From the IMG/VR virus record IMGVR_UViG_3300032327_000792: 64,000 nt of DNA, one strand, 5' to 3'. Positions within the stretch are counted from its first letter, which is position 1. The number at the start of each line of letters is the position of its first letter. The position numbers and the translations under genes are program-made. Positions 9,390 through 19,558 of the stretch are shown piece by piece. The DNA is from a virus (lineage: Duplodnaviria; Caudoviricetes). A model generated the notes under the pieces. It made no database searches. It was not told where the DNA came from and saw only the letters and a program-made list of their open reading frames with translations.

Positions 9390-9992
9390 TTATTGCTGAA
9401 CCCAAAAGCCCAGACGATCGCCTCCGGGACTTGCATACCATGTGGTATTTGGGGGTTGTTCAGTGGGCTGATCTTGCCAAACTGGATATATGACGTTGCC
9501 GTTGTGATTGCTAAAATCGTCGTTCCACCGCAGATGCACTTCTATAACCTTGCCATCTACATATTCCACATTGACCCAGGGTGCCATCTTCCATAAATCT
9601 TCCAGTACTGCGGGAAACGGATATTGATCTGAGATTCGTTCCCAGCGACAGAATCTATCCAATCGGTCACTGTTTCTAAATCCTTCTACTGCTAATTCTT
9701 GTATGCCATAATGGAAATCCACTGATGTGTGGCGACCTTCAAAACATTCTGTCCAGAAAAAACCATCCGGTACAGAATCTGTGTCTGCAGGAGTCAACCA
9801 AACTTTTTGGGCACCTCGGCTCATCATGCGAATGTTGGTTATGGGACGCACAATATACCAGTCTGCTCGAGGAACTGCAATGCCTGCTGGTGCTGCTAGG
9901 TGGCCCATTTTGCGTGCCAGTATCAGTTTGTCGTAGATCCACAAGTAATCCACAGGACACTGCGACCACACATCCTTGTCATCTATAAACAT
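9390..9992 (-). CDS. Hypothetical protein, possibly ATP-grasp-like
   Basis: YIVRP...GA...ECFEG.H.SVD spacing resembles ATP-grasp motifs; weak. Confidence 0.35.
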   Translation of the reverse strand: MFIDDKDVWSQCPVDYLWIYDKLILARKMGHLAAPAGIAVPRADWYIVRPITNIRMMSRGAQKVWLTPADTDSVPDGFFWTECFEGRHTSVDFHYGIQELAVEGFRNSDRLDRFCRWERISDQYPFPAVLEDLWKMAPWVNVEYVDGKVIEVHLRWNDDFSNHNGNVIYPVWQDQPTEQPPNTTWYASPGGDRLGFWVQQ

Positions 9993-9993
9993 G

Positions 9994-10629
9994 TCAGTAC
10001 TTGTTGCTGGCCAACACTATCCGGCAAATGTGTTCCAATCGTTCTATGTGTTCATAGGCACGCCATGGACTAGTGTCAATAGCAACTACTCCGTGTCCTT
10101 TGATGCCCACAATATCATAGCCAATGTTGCCTTCGCGATCCAACTTTAGATTTTCATGACAACGATCCGCAAGTTCTTGACTGATTGGAGGCACATCTCC
10201 CACATTAGGTGCTACTCTGGTATAACGATTGAGTTCTGGAAATGCCGCACTCACAGTACTCAAATCAATCCCGGCATGCATAGCTGCAATACAGTAGGTG
10301 GGGTGAACGTGTACTACCACTCTCACTTCGTTTGAGTGTTGTCCCATTCTTTTTTGCAACCCAAAATGCAAAGGTATTTCTCCACTGGGTCGTAATCTGG
10401 CACTGATATCAGTGTATGGCAATTCTACCCAGTCGATGTCCTGATCTGGACGTGTGGTTATACCAATCTTTTTAAACTGATCTGGTTGCAGAGTTTGCTT
10501 ACGCACACCACTGGGAGTGATGTAGAAATGATCACGGTCGTGATGACGGATACTTACATTGCCATCACGACTGGTAATCCAATTGCGTTTGTACGCATCC
10601 AACATTACATCACATATAGTTTCTAACAT
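9994..10629 (-). CDS. Class II aldolase/adducin family protein (FucA/MtnB/DrdA fold)
   Basis: DGNVSIR, ITPSG, PSGEIPLH, VVHVHPTY, GHG metal-binding motifs. Confidence 0.9.
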   Translation of the reverse strand: MLETICDVMLDAYKRNWITSRDGNVSIRHHDRDHFYITPSGVRKQTLQPDQFKKIGITTRPDQDIDWVELPYTDISARLRPSGEIPLHFGLQKRMGQHSNEVRVVVHVHPTYCIAAMHAGIDLSTVSAAFPELNRYTRVAPNVGDVPPISQELADRCHENLKLDREGNIGYDIVGIKGHGVVAIDTSPWRAYEHIERLEHICRIVLASNKY

Positions 10630-11747
10630 TATTGGAAAGACCCAATCGGAATTGCAATAATACCTTTAGGCCCGTGATCCTTGTGTCCGCCCTTGCCGGG
10701 TACACCATGAGGTTTGTTGTGTGCCCGCATATCAGCTGACCCTAGGGCTTGGTCATAGTTGACTTCCCCTCTGAAACAGCCAATGGCATATGGAAATTCA
10801 CGGTTCAAGTGATAGTGATAGATATTCTGTATCTTGCCGTCCCACATAACTGGATGAGTGTGTCCATGACATTCATCTAATTGTTTGTTGGTAACCATCT
10901 TACCATCATCGCCTCGTGGGCCATAGATACCGAATCCATCCAGTGCATAGCCAAACAGGGGCGAATGTCCTTCGGTTCCTTGATTGGGGAAACATTTCCA
11001 GCTGTAACCATGCAGGTGATACTGTTGAGCATAAGGATGTCCCCAGCACTGATCAACGGGCAAGATTGAAGCTGGCGGATACCAAGCTGTGGCACTGGCG
11101 TTGGCAATCTCAGCGTGCCATACTGTGCCTGTGAGTGTGACGCCAATTGGCAATGCCGCAATGGGATTTGGCTTGGCACTTAGCTTTGGGATTTTGGGTA
11201 GTTGAATATTCAACTCGTAAGGACTAATGCCAATGGCCGCGGCACTTGAATAGTCATGACCGGGAAAGCCTGTTCTAAAGTCATGGCCGCCCGGAGCTTC
11301 TTGGTAAAACTTGTAGGCAGGAGTTCCGGGTTGCACAGGAAAGTTGCCCATGGCAGTGTTTGGCAATCCATTGCCCACAAAATAACGATACCGGTCATCT
11401 TCGGTTATAGCAAACACACTGCCTTCTTTGGCATAGTCTTTGGCATATTTGGTACCACTCACATATGGCATCTTTGAGATAACCACAGTATTGTTTGTGG
11501 TATCCATCCAGGGCTGGGTGCTCAGTTCGAATCGTGTGTTGCCAGGTACTGCCGCAAGAAAATCTGCAGCCATGAATAGTCCGTTGCGTTGAGCCTGATA
11601 AGGACTTATGGTTCCAGAGCTTAGTAATGTTGTTGGTGCATTAGCATCTTCTGTGACAGCGGTAGTTGTTGTAGTTGCTGTTGTAGAGGTGTCTTTAGAA
11701 CAACCTACCATAACAAGCAACAACATCATTGATACAAAGTATTTCAT
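10629..11747 (-). CDS. YHYH-domain lipoprotein
   Basis: Lipobox-type signal (LVMVG-C), Thr-rich linker, YHLH, GYALDGFGIYG, LDECHGH, YHYH. Confidence 0.85.
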   Translation of the reverse strand: MKYFVSMMLLLVMVGCSKDTSTTATTTTTAVTEDANAPTTLLSSGTISPYQAQRNGLFMAADFLAAVPGNTRFELSTQPWMDTTNNTVVISKMPYVSGTKYAKDYAKEGSVFAITEDDRYRYFVGNGLPNTAMGNFPVQPGTPAYKFYQEAPGGHDFRTGFPGHDYSSAAAIGISPYELNIQLPKIPKLSAKPNPIAALPIGVTLTGTVWHAEIANASATAWYPPASILPVDQCWGHPYAQQYHLHGYSWKCFPNQGTEGHSPLFGYALDGFGIYGPRGDDGKMVTNKQLDECHGHTHPVMWDGKIQNIYHYHLNREFPYAIGCFRGEVNYDQALGSADMRAHNKPHGVPGKGGHKDHGPKGIIAIPIGSFQ

Positions 11748-11759
11748 TTCTTTTCTTCC

Positions 11760-14087
11760 TTAGAGTTTACAGCTTTCACAATCTTCCTCATCATCAAAGT
11801 TGATTGGTTCCAACGCTTGAACATTGTTGGGTTGAGTGTTGTTGGATTTACTGCCGGCCTTGTTGATTAGACTGTAGTAAAATGTTTTTAATCCCCAGTG
11901 ATGTGCCTTCATCAAATTTGTAGCAATCAGTGTGGTTGGCACTTTACGATCTGCCCAATGTGCAGGATTGTAAAAAGTGTTGGTACTTATTGATTGATCA
12001 ACATAGGCAGCAATAACAGCCGCAGTTTTTAGATAACCGTCGCAGTCTCTTTGTTCCCACATCAGTTGGTACCGGTTCTTGAGTTTGTGATACTCTGGTA
12101 CAACCTGTGTCAATGATCCAGCTTTTGATTCTTTGACAGTGATCAAACTCATGGGCATTTCAATACCATTGGTTGAGTTGATAACCACCGAGCTAGATTC
12201 CACAGGAGCCACTGCCATTTGTGTGGCATTACGAACGCCGTAGTGTTTCATGTTGATTCGTAGTGTTTCCCAATCCAGTTCTGGTGCAAAGTTTGCCAAC
12301 TCGTTGACTCCACGAGCACGCAGTTCCCACGGGAATGTACCTTGTCCGTAGCGGGTTTTTTCGCTGTGTAAACATGCACCGCGTTCCTTGGCCAACTCCA
12401 CTGACGCTTCAGTCAAGTAATATGCTTGATGTTCCATCCAGCTCTTGAGCTCCTGTAGTGCGTCCTTATCACCATAACGTAGGCCGCGCTTGGCATGCCA
12501 GTAGGCCAAGTTTGTGATGCCAATGCCCAAGGGACGAATTTCGTCATTGCTTAATTTTGATTGAATACTCAAAAAATCTTGATAATCCAATATGTTGTTC
12601 AAACTGCGATGCAAAATACGGCAGGCACGGCGCATGTCTTCAGGATTACGGAACGCACCAAAGTTGATTGAGCCCAAGGTACATAGTGCGATACGACCTT
12701 GGTCATCATCCAATCTTTTGAATGATTTGGTTGGCAACAAGATTTCACAACACAGGTTTGACTGATAGATTGTGTGGAATTCAGGATCAAATGATCCTTG
12801 CTTGGCCACGTTGTCAATATACACAAGATAGATACGTCCTGTGTCTGTGCGCTCTTTTAAGATGCCACCTTTGAACACGTCTTCTGCGGCCATGGTTTTC
12901 TTGCGTAGGTCTGTGCGCTTTTCATATTGGACATACAGTTCTTCAAACAACTCTGTGTTGGCATAGAATGCTTGGTAAAGATCCGGAACTTCGTTGGGAT
13001 CAAAGAATGTTATTTGTTCTTTGTTTTTGAATCGTCTCCAAAAGAACGCAGACAGAACCACACCGTAGTCCATGTGTCTGACTCTGGTTTCTTCTGTGCC
13101 TTGATTGTTCTTCAGCACAATAAGATCATCAAACTGTAGATGCCAAATTGGATAGAACACAGTGGCTGATGCATTTCTAATGCCGCCCTGACTGCAACTA
13201 CGCAAATCGCCAAACCATTTCTTCAAGAATGGAATCATACCCGTGTGCATGATTTCACCACCACGGATGGGACTGCCTAATGATCTCAGTCTACCAATCT
13301 CTAACCCTATGCCAGCACGCTTGCTGGCATACTTGGCCATCATTTCTCCCGAAGCAAAAATACTGTCAAGATCATCGTCACTGCGTATAAGCACACAACT
13401 TGAGAACTGCTTAGTGGGGGTACCGAGGCCAGCCAACACAGGAGTAGCCAAAGTAAAAAGGCCGTCACTAGCCGCGTTGTAATATTCTTTGATGTAGCGC
13501 ATTCTAGCGGCGTTAGGTTCCTCGCGATGGAACACAGTGGCTGCTGCAATGATGTAACGAATTTGTGGTGTTTCATAAATTTCCTTTGTGGCTCGATTTT
13601 TGACCAGGTACTTTTCAATCAACTGTTCAATGGCCGCATAACTGTAACCTTCATCTTTGTCATGATCCAGGATGTCGTTCATGCGATTCCAGTCATCCTC
13701 TGTGTACCATTCTAGCAGTTCGGGTGTGTAAAGACCCGTGGCCACATTGGTCTTGACAATTTCGTAAAGATGTGGCGGAGTGTAGGTGCCATAGACATTT
13801 TTACGCAACATGCTGAGTCGTTGTTTGCCGGCCACGTATTGATAATTTGTGTGTCCCACATCAGGATTCTGTTCTACATCAATTAGATCAACAATAGCAC
13901 GTAGAGTAATACCGTCAATTTCTTCTGTGGTGATGCCATCGTAAAAATGCAACTGTGCTTTGATCTCAATCATGGATTGTGAGACATCTGCTATACCTTT
14001 ACAGACTTTTGCTACCTGGGCTTGCCACTTTTCAATGTGCAATGGCTCTTTGGCCCCGCTTCTTTTAACTACTGTAATCTGCGTCAT
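11760..14087 (-). CDS. nrdA: Ribonucleotide reductase class Ia alpha subunit with ATP-cone
   Basis: N-terminal VVKRSG ATP-cone, FSSCVL, SNLCCEI thiyl-radical motif, KTFYY, C-terminal CESC. Confidence 0.98.
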   Translation of the reverse strand: MTQITVVKRSGAKEPLHIEKWQAQVAKVCKGIADVSQSMIEIKAQLHFYDGITTEEIDGITLRAIVDLIDVEQNPDVGHTNYQYVAGKQRLSMLRKNVYGTYTPPHLYEIVKTNVATGLYTPELLEWYTEDDWNRMNDILDHDKDEGYSYAAIEQLIEKYLVKNRATKEIYETPQIRYIIAAATVFHREEPNAARMRYIKEYYNAASDGLFTLATPVLAGLGTPTKQFSSCVLIRSDDDLDSIFASGEMMAKYASKRAGIGLEIGRLRSLGSPIRGGEIMHTGMIPFLKKWFGDLRSCSQGGIRNASATVFYPIWHLQFDDLIVLKNNQGTEETRVRHMDYGVVLSAFFWRRFKNKEQITFFDPNEVPDLYQAFYANTELFEELYVQYEKRTDLRKKTMAAEDVFKGGILKERTDTGRIYLVYIDNVAKQGSFDPEFHTIYQSNLCCEILLPTKSFKRLDDDQGRIALCTLGSINFGAFRNPEDMRRACRILHRSLNNILDYQDFLSIQSKLSNDEIRPLGIGITNLAYWHAKRGLRYGDKDALQELKSWMEHQAYYLTEASVELAKERGACLHSEKTRYGQGTFPWELRARGVNELANFAPELDWETLRINMKHYGVRNATQMAVAPVESSSVVINSTNGIEMPMSLITVKESKAGSLTQVVPEYHKLKNRYQLMWEQRDCDGYLKTAAVIAAYVDQSISTNTFYNPAHWADRKVPTTLIATNLMKAHHWGLKTFYYSLINKAGSKSNNTQPNNVQALEPINFDDEEDCESCKL

Positions 14088-14104
14088 TTAACTTCCGTAT
14101 GTGT

Positions 14105-14533
14105 TTATAGGTACTGCTGTTTTACTGCTGACTGCGTCAACTGCCGTTTGATGTTCATTGCTTGGATGGTATTTACGATTGTGTCTTGGTCCCAATTAAG
14201 TATATATTTTGATTTTGCCACCTGTACTAAATTATCTCCGGAATCCGTCAAAACCAGTGCGGCATCATCTAAATCTTCACGGTCCAGCAAAGTTATAGTA
14301 TACAGGATTCCTAACCCTCTTGCAAGATCACAGTAGTGATTGTCGCTCAAAAGTTGCCAAGGATCGGGCCAATTTGCCTGATCATCCCAGTGCAGATAGT
14401 ATGGACGCCAAGGTACTGCAAACCACCATAAGTTGATGTCTTCCAATGCTTTTTCTAGAGGTAATAGTTGGCAGGTATCGCGGAGATGGTTCCACGACTC
14501 TAGCCGTTGGGCAAAATTAACGGGCCACATCAA
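14105..14533 (-). CDS. Hypothetical protein
   Basis: ORF abutting tail-fibre gene and nrdA. Confidence 0.7.
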   Translation of the reverse strand: MMWPVNFAQRLESWNHLRDTCQLLPLEKALEDINLWWFAVPWRPYYLHWDDQANWPDPWQLLSDNHYCDLARGLGILYTITLLDREDLDDAALVLTDSGDNLVQVAKSKYILNWDQDTIVNTIQAMNIKRQLTQSAVKQQYL

Positions 14534-16114
14534 TTACAGTGTTGAGTAAATTGAATAGATAAATGTACCGTTGGCACCTGCTGTTGCAGTATACTTGACG
14601 TCTGCGGTACCGGCATTGTTGACCACTGTTATTACCACACCAGTGGCAGCTGTTTGGTTGAAATCATCAGTGTATATCACATTGCCCACTAGATCATTGG
14701 CCACAGTAATTATGCCAGTACGTTTGTTTGTGCCACGTACAACGCTATAGTTTACGCTAAATGCGGGTAAATTAGATGATACAATTGTGGCAGCACTTAC
14801 AGTATTACCAATCACTACTTCTGTAAGTCCACTTTCGCGACGGAAAGCACCAAGTTGAATTTCTTTGCCATTGGTTGTGGCAATGACTTGTCGGCTGTTG
14901 ATATTGATTCGAGGATACGTGTCTACATAGTCGTCGCCGCGCTCAAACATATCCCCAAAGCAAACATTGTTGTTGCCATCAATATCAATGATTGTGGTCG
15001 CGGGTTGTAACACACCATCAAAATGATTGCCCACATCATAAAAAATATTGTGTCCTGTTCCGTTGAGACTGATTGCACCCATTTCAATGCCCTGAGCATA
15101 AATGTTGTCAAACAAGTTGTGTATGATCCTGGTGCCAGTTGGGCCGCCATTGACTGGAGTTGCGACACCTAGTACAATGCCTTTGAACAAGGTGTCAAAC
15201 TTTGAATTTGACACTGTGACGCCATTGGTCTGTTGTTCTGTGGCAATACCATAACTTGTGCCTGAAAACACACAGCGGTCAATTGTGACTGTGTTGCATA
15301 CCAAACTTGCGGTACTGGCAAAGCGTATACCAGCTGTGTTATCAACCTCGGTGTCAAGATCTGCAGTAGTCAACGGGCCAGTAAATGTTACACCTGTGAA
15401 ACTACAGTTGTTGATATCTTCAATCAAAAACACATCAACGTCAGGATCCAAACTTTGAAATCCCATATTGGCTATGGTGACAAATTGTGGAACAATAGCT
15501 CCGTTGGAGCCTATGTTTACACCAGTTTGCTGTAGACTATCACCTGTGCGAGCAACATAGGCTCTGAAAGCTGAGTCGTCGCTGGATGTCATCTGAATAA
15601 CACTGTTGTCTGCACCTTCGCCACACAGTGTAGCAAATGGCGGAATTATAATTGATTGTGTGACCTTGTAAACTCCAGCCGGGAAAAACAATCCACGACG
15701 TATTTGAGGATTTACTTCTCTACAATAGATTTGATACAGAGCACGATTGATAGCTGCTGTGTCATCAGCAACACCATCACCTACTGCACCAAAGTCTTTG
15801 ACTGTGGCAAATTGATCCAGCCAGTTTTGCAAACTTTGACTGATTGGTGAACCAGCTGTGGGGCCTGTTTGAACGGCATAACCAGTGGCAGTTTGTCCAC
15901 TGTAGGTGTAATTGGTTTGAAAAGCCAAAATATCAGAAAACTCTGTAAGAACTTCTGTGTTACCGATTACCGGAGCGCCTTCTTGCAGTGTGCCATTGCC
16001 AATGAACAATCTACGTTCATCAATTGACCAGCCAAATTCAGCACCAGCTAGTTGTGGTAAGTTTTCCTGTAGCCCTTTGCGTTGGGTAATTCGCGATATT
16101 TGTACAATAGCCAT
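14534..16114 (-). CDS. Tail fibre/spike protein with pectate-lyase-like beta-helix
   Basis: ISRITQRKG...GEFGWSIDERRLFIGNG N-terminus, TVKDFGAVGDGVADDTAAI motif, beta-helix repeats; TAAATA at 16134-16139 upstream. Confidence 0.8.
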   Translation of the reverse strand: MAIVQISRITQRKGLQENLPQLAGAEFGWSIDERRLFIGNGTLQEGAPVIGNTEVLTEFSDILAFQTNYTYSGQTATGYAVQTGPTAGSPISQSLQNWLDQFATVKDFGAVGDGVADDTAAINRALYQIYCREVNPQIRRGLFFPAGVYKVTQSIIIPPFATLCGEGADNSVIQMTSSDDSAFRAYVARTGDSLQQTGVNIGSNGAIVPQFVTIANMGFQSLDPDVDVFLIEDINNCSFTGVTFTGPLTTADLDTEVDNTAGIRFASTASLVCNTVTIDRCVFSGTSYGIATEQQTNGVTVSNSKFDTLFKGIVLGVATPVNGGPTGTRIIHNLFDNIYAQGIEMGAISLNGTGHNIFYDVGNHFDGVLQPATTIIDIDGNNNVCFGDMFERGDDYVDTYPRININSRQVIATTNGKEIQLGAFRRESGLTEVVIGNTVSAATIVSSNLPAFSVNYSVVRGTNKRTGIITVANDLVGNVIYTDDFNQTAATGVVITVVNNAGTADVKYTATAGANGTFIYSIYSTL

Positions 16115-16128
16115 CTATAGTTCTCCGA

Positions 16129-16851
16129 TCACGTATTTAGCACATAAAACTGCTCTACACGTTTCCACCACTGACTACGATAATGTTCAAATTCAGCACC
16201 TTCCAAAACAAATTCCTGATACTGTGGCTCTGTTAGTACATTGCCCATGTCATCTACTTCGGGCTTGACACACATCAAAATCACACCTTTTTTGATGTCA
16301 GTGCCGTGTAATTCATTATGTGCTTCTGCGTAGGCACAGAGTTGTAGGAAATAATCCTCGATCCACTCAATCTTTTTGGGCTTGTTGGTTTGCTTGTAGT
16401 CCAAAATAGCCGGTTCATTTAGATGCATTCCAGCGGCATCTGTGGTGCCTGCGTATATGCCGGGAAAATACAGCGGAACTTCGTAGCCCCAGAACTCATT
16501 GACTCGATCAGTTACCCCTTGATCAATCACTGTTTGTGCCATGGCATGACTGGCCCACCCAAAAGGATTGGTTCCTCTATCTTTTAGTTCACCATGTTTG
16601 ACATAGTGTTCCAAGTAGGTATGCATACGTGTTCCACGGTTGGCAGCTTCTGTGGTGATCTGCTGTGCTTTGGCTTCGCCCACACGTTGGCGCCATTGTT
16701 GCAACGCCTGTATTTTTTCTGCTGGTTTGGTTCGATCCAAGATAGTTGTAACTGAAGGCAACTTGTTGCCGTCGGGTGTAGCATAAAAACGTTTGCCATT
16801 GACTTCTACTCTAGGAACTGGTGCATATTCAAATCGAGGATTGAACATCAA
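16129..16851 (-). CDS. PD-(D/E)xK exonuclease
   Basis: LPSVTTIL, E-x-x-L, GTTD, DYK and QLCAY motifs; no four-Cys cluster. Confidence 0.85.
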   Translation of the reverse strand: MMFNPRFEYAPVPRVEVNGKRFYATPDGNKLPSVTTILDRTKPAEKIQALQQWRQRVGEAKAQQITTEAANRGTRMHTYLEHYVKHGELKDRGTNPFGWASHAMAQTVIDQGVTDRVNEFWGYEVPLYFPGIYAGTTDAAGMHLNEPAILDYKQTNKPKKIEWIEDYFLQLCAYAEAHNELHGTDIKKGVILMCVKPEVDDMGNVLTEPQYQEFVLEGAEFEHYRSQWWKRVEQFYVLNT

Positions 16852-17168
16852 ATTCTAAAACTTTCTCCGCAACCACAGCGGTCTTTTTCTGCATCGTTGA
16901 TAAATTGAAATCCTTCGTTGAGTCCTTGTCGTACATAGTCCACAGTGAGATTTTTGAAATAAGGTTGATCTTTGCGATTGATCACCACACTGAATCCATC
17001 ATGTAGTTCTGCGTCATCGCCAGGTTGTAGAGTGTCCACATACTCCAGCACATAAGCCAGCCCACTACATCCGGTGGTTCTAACACCTATGCGTATGCCC
17101 ATGCCACCACCACGTCGATCTAGGTTGCGTGCTATTTTACTGGCAGCTGCCGGAGTAACTGCAATCAT
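16848..17168 (-). CDS. iscA: A-type Fe-S carrier, IscA-like
   Basis: TTGCSGLAY and CGCGESF; start moved to MIAVTPAAA (ATGA overlap with upstream stop). Confidence 0.92.
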   Translation of the reverse strand: MIAVTPAAASKIARNLDRRGGGMGIRIGVRTTGCSGLAYVLEYVDTLQPGDDAELHDGFSVVINRKDQPYFKNLTVDYVRQGLNEGFQFINDAEKDRCGCGESFRI

Positions 17169-17476
17169 GCCGAGAAGCTTGATCCACAACCGCAGGTTGT
17201 TTGGGCGTTAGGATTCGTGATTGAAAAGCTACTGCCATTGACATCGTCTTTGAAGTCAATCACTGCACCAGCAAGATATTGCATGCTCATGGCATCTACC
17301 AGCACGCCGCTGACTTCAAAGTCATCTTCGCCGGTTACTTCATCCAGTGTAAATCCATATTGAAATCCTGAGCATCCGCCGCCTTGCACAAATGCACGAA
17401 CCTTTAGATTGGCGTTGTTTTCTTCGGCCAAAATGTCGGCAATTTTTGCCTGTGCTGTTTCAGTTATTGTTATCAT
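17165..17476 (-). CDS. erpA: A-type Fe-S carrier, ErpA-like
   Basis: [13 protein letters not shown] and [14 protein letters not shown]. Confidence 0.9.
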   Translation of the reverse strand: MITITETAQAKIADILAEENNANLKVRAFVQGGGCSGFQYGFTLDEVTGEDDFEVSGVLVDAMSMQYLAGAVIDFKDDVNGSSFSITNPNAQTTCGCGSSFSA

Positions 17477-17856
17477 ACTGTTCCTTGTTTGTTTCGGTAA
17501 TCTTGGATGGCGGCTTTGATTGCGTCTTCGGCCAAGATGCTACAGTGTATTTTCACAGGCGGCAACGCAAGTTCTTCGGCAATTTGACTGTTCTTGATTG
17601 AGCCTGCTTCGTCGAGACTTTTGCCTTTGACCCATTCGGTAACCAGCGAGGAGCTCGCAATCGCCGATCCACAGCCGTAAGTTTTGAACTTGGCGTCTGT
17701 GATTACTCCATCTTCCACTCGGATTTGTAAACGCATCACATCTCCGCAGGCAGGAGCACCCACTGTTCCTGAACCCACTGAAGGGTCAGTGGCATCCATT
17801 TTGCCCACGTTGCGTGGATTTTCATAGTGTTCAATTACTTTTTCTGAATAGGCCAT
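17473..17856 (-). CDS. iscU: Fe-S cluster scaffold IscU
   Basis: [46 protein letters not shown]. Confidence 0.97.
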   Translation of the reverse strand: MAYSEKVIEHYENPRNVGKMDATDPSVGSGTVGAPACGDVMRLQIRVEDGVITDAKFKTYGCGSAIASSSLVTEWVKGKSLDEAGSIKNSQIAEELALPPVKIHCSILAEDAIKAAIQDYRNKQGTV

Positions 17857-17876
17857 GTTGGTATCTCCTTAAGGAT

Positions 17877-17905
17877 AGTATAACATATTGCTAGAGTATT
17901 TACAA
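17877..17905 (-). promoter_or_regulatory. sigma70-type promoter TTGTAA-17-TATACT with an overlapping late TAAATA (17897-17902)
   Basis: Directly upstream of AAGGAG RBS and iscU ATG. Confidence 0.7.
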
Positions 17906-17914
17906 CCGTTTTGG

Positions 17915-18253
17915 TTACTTCATTCGGCGCTTGAGCGCGGCCTTGGCATTGGAATCCACTGTGGCTCTGGCTTGGTCCACTGTCATACCTGTGTCAGTTT
18001 CCAGTTCACCTTTGAATCTAACTACCCCTGAATTTGGATCCAGAGGCTCTAGCACATTTTTGAGAGGAACCTGAGAAATAAGTTCGCCCAGGTTTTCTTT
18101 GGTAACGTTTACATCAAGACTTTTGGCAGCTTTGATAAATGCATCTTGACTGATTTGTCCGCGGGCATTTTCATCTTTTGCTCGATCTGCTAACCATGTG
18201 GTCAATGCCAACAATCTTGTGTTGTTGTCATCTGCAAACTCACGCAGTCTCAT
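17915..18253 (-). CDS. Hypothetical late protein (MRLREF N-terminus)
   Basis: ORF coupled to upstream gene by TAATG overlap. Confidence 0.7.
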   Translation of the reverse strand: MRLREFADDNNTRLLALTTWLADRAKDENARGQISQDAFIKAAKSLDVNVTKENLGELISQVPLKNVLEPLDPNSGVVRFKGELETDTGMTVDQARATVDSNAKAALKRRMK

Positions 18254-19119
18254 TATCTCTTGCCGCGGCCCAAACTGACTTCTAGGTCAGAAACTTCTTC
18301 TTCGGGCTCAGGTGCTGGTAATTCTTCTGTGCCCATGTCAGGCATTTCTGCAGGAGCCATGTCAGCACCAGGAACAGCAGGAGCTTGGCCAGTGACCACA
18401 CCCAATGCTATTTCTAGCTGACCTTTGGATCCTTGCAAGTTCTGTGTCAAACCTGCTAGAGCTGCTGTGGCATCTGCATTGAATTGTTGAGCCTGGTCAA
18501 CGCCAACTTCATTCTTTATTGAATCAACCAGGGCTGGCAAATCTTTGAACTGCATTGAAGTAACTTGTTCAATCATTTTTTGTACTTGGTCAACCATGTC
18601 TTGTGACGCCAATACAACTTGAGCCTGTTGAACTTCTGATTCTTTTAAACGACGACGCAGACTGTGAGCTTCCATGGTAGGCATGGGTTTGTTCAATTCT
18701 GCTTTTTCTTTGTTTAACTCAGCCATTTGAGTATCAATTTCTTTGCGACGATCGTCGCGTTGTTTTTTTGCCTTGGCCATTTCGGCGGATTTCATTGCAG
18801 CGGCTTGCTGTGGAGTTTGTCCAGCTGGTGCAGTTGTTGTTTGTCCTACCATAGGGGCTACATCTTGCTCACTGATACGACTGGCCAAAGCCTGTTCCAT
18901 CATGACCAATTTTAAATAAGCAGGATTTTTCTCACTGCTGTGAAATTCAGGTTGGCGACGATGTTCGCTGATCAGGCCACGCACACGGTTCAACATCTCA
19001 TGTGCTTGGCGCTTTGAAATTGATTCAAAGCTAACAGCAGTACCAAAGTGACTTTCCATCACTTTAGCGACTTGTTTGGTTTTTTGTGGTGCGGCCAGAT
19101 CTTGCAGTTTCATTATCAA
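18253..19119 (-). CDS. Putative prohead core/scaffold-like protein
   Basis: Coiled-coil, Ala/Gln/Glu-rich, internal I/L-x-E sites (RISE, LKES), TAAATA at 19137-19142. Confidence 0.5.
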   Translation of the reverse strand: MIMKLQDLAAPQKTKQVAKVMESHFGTAVSFESISKRQAHEMLNRVRGLISEHRRQPEFHSSEKNPAYLKLVMMEQALASRISEQDVAPMVGQTTTAPAGQTPQQAAAMKSAEMAKAKKQRDDRRKEIDTQMAELNKEKAELNKPMPTMEAHSLRRRLKESEVQQAQVVLASQDMVDQVQKMIEQVTSMQFKDLPALVDSIKNEVGVDQAQQFNADATAALAGLTQNLQGSKGQLEIALGVVTGQAPAVPGADMAPAEMPDMGTEELPAPEPEEEVSDLEVSLGRGKR

Positions 19120-19558
19120 ATCCTTTTTGTTGTAAATATTTAGCTGAATTAATGTATTTGGTCAATTGATTTTCCAGTTCTTTTCGGCGAATTATTTTGG
19201 TTTCTAATTTTGTGTCAATTGATTCTCGAAAATCAGGACTTTTGCTTCGATTGGCAACCCCCATTCTAACAAATATATCATTGGCAGCATGGGTCAAACG
19301 ATTGTCTGTGTGCAATATATCACGTGCCAAATTGTAATTACAATACTTGTCTGCCACACACCAACTCACTGCTGATCTAGTGGAACTGAATTCACCCACG
19401 GCATCTGCTGCACAATACACAGTGTATCCGGGACGATTGGATGTTATTCTATATTTTCCAAACAACTCATAGTCACCGTGATCATTGCGCCAAATAATGT
19501 TGGGCATCACGGTGCGTAATTCTTTTGACACCCAGGCTTCTAGTTCTTGGTCTTTCAT
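19064..19558 (-). CDS. Hypothetical protein
   Basis: ORF abutting upstream gene. Confidence 0.7.
   Translation of the reverse strand: MKDQELEAWVSKELRTVMPNIIWRNDHGDYELFGKYRITSNRPGYTVYCAADAVGEFSSTRSAVSWCVADKYCNYNLARDILHTDNRLTHAANDIFVRMGVANRSKSPDFRESIDTKLETKIIRRKELENQLTKYINSAKYLQQKGFDNETARSGRTTKNQTSR

Noticed and set aside
16129-16851. Cas4 / CRISPR adaptation gene
   Set aside because: It is a PD-(D/E)xK nuclease but lacks the four-Cys Fe-S motif, and no repeat-spacer array or other cas gene is visible
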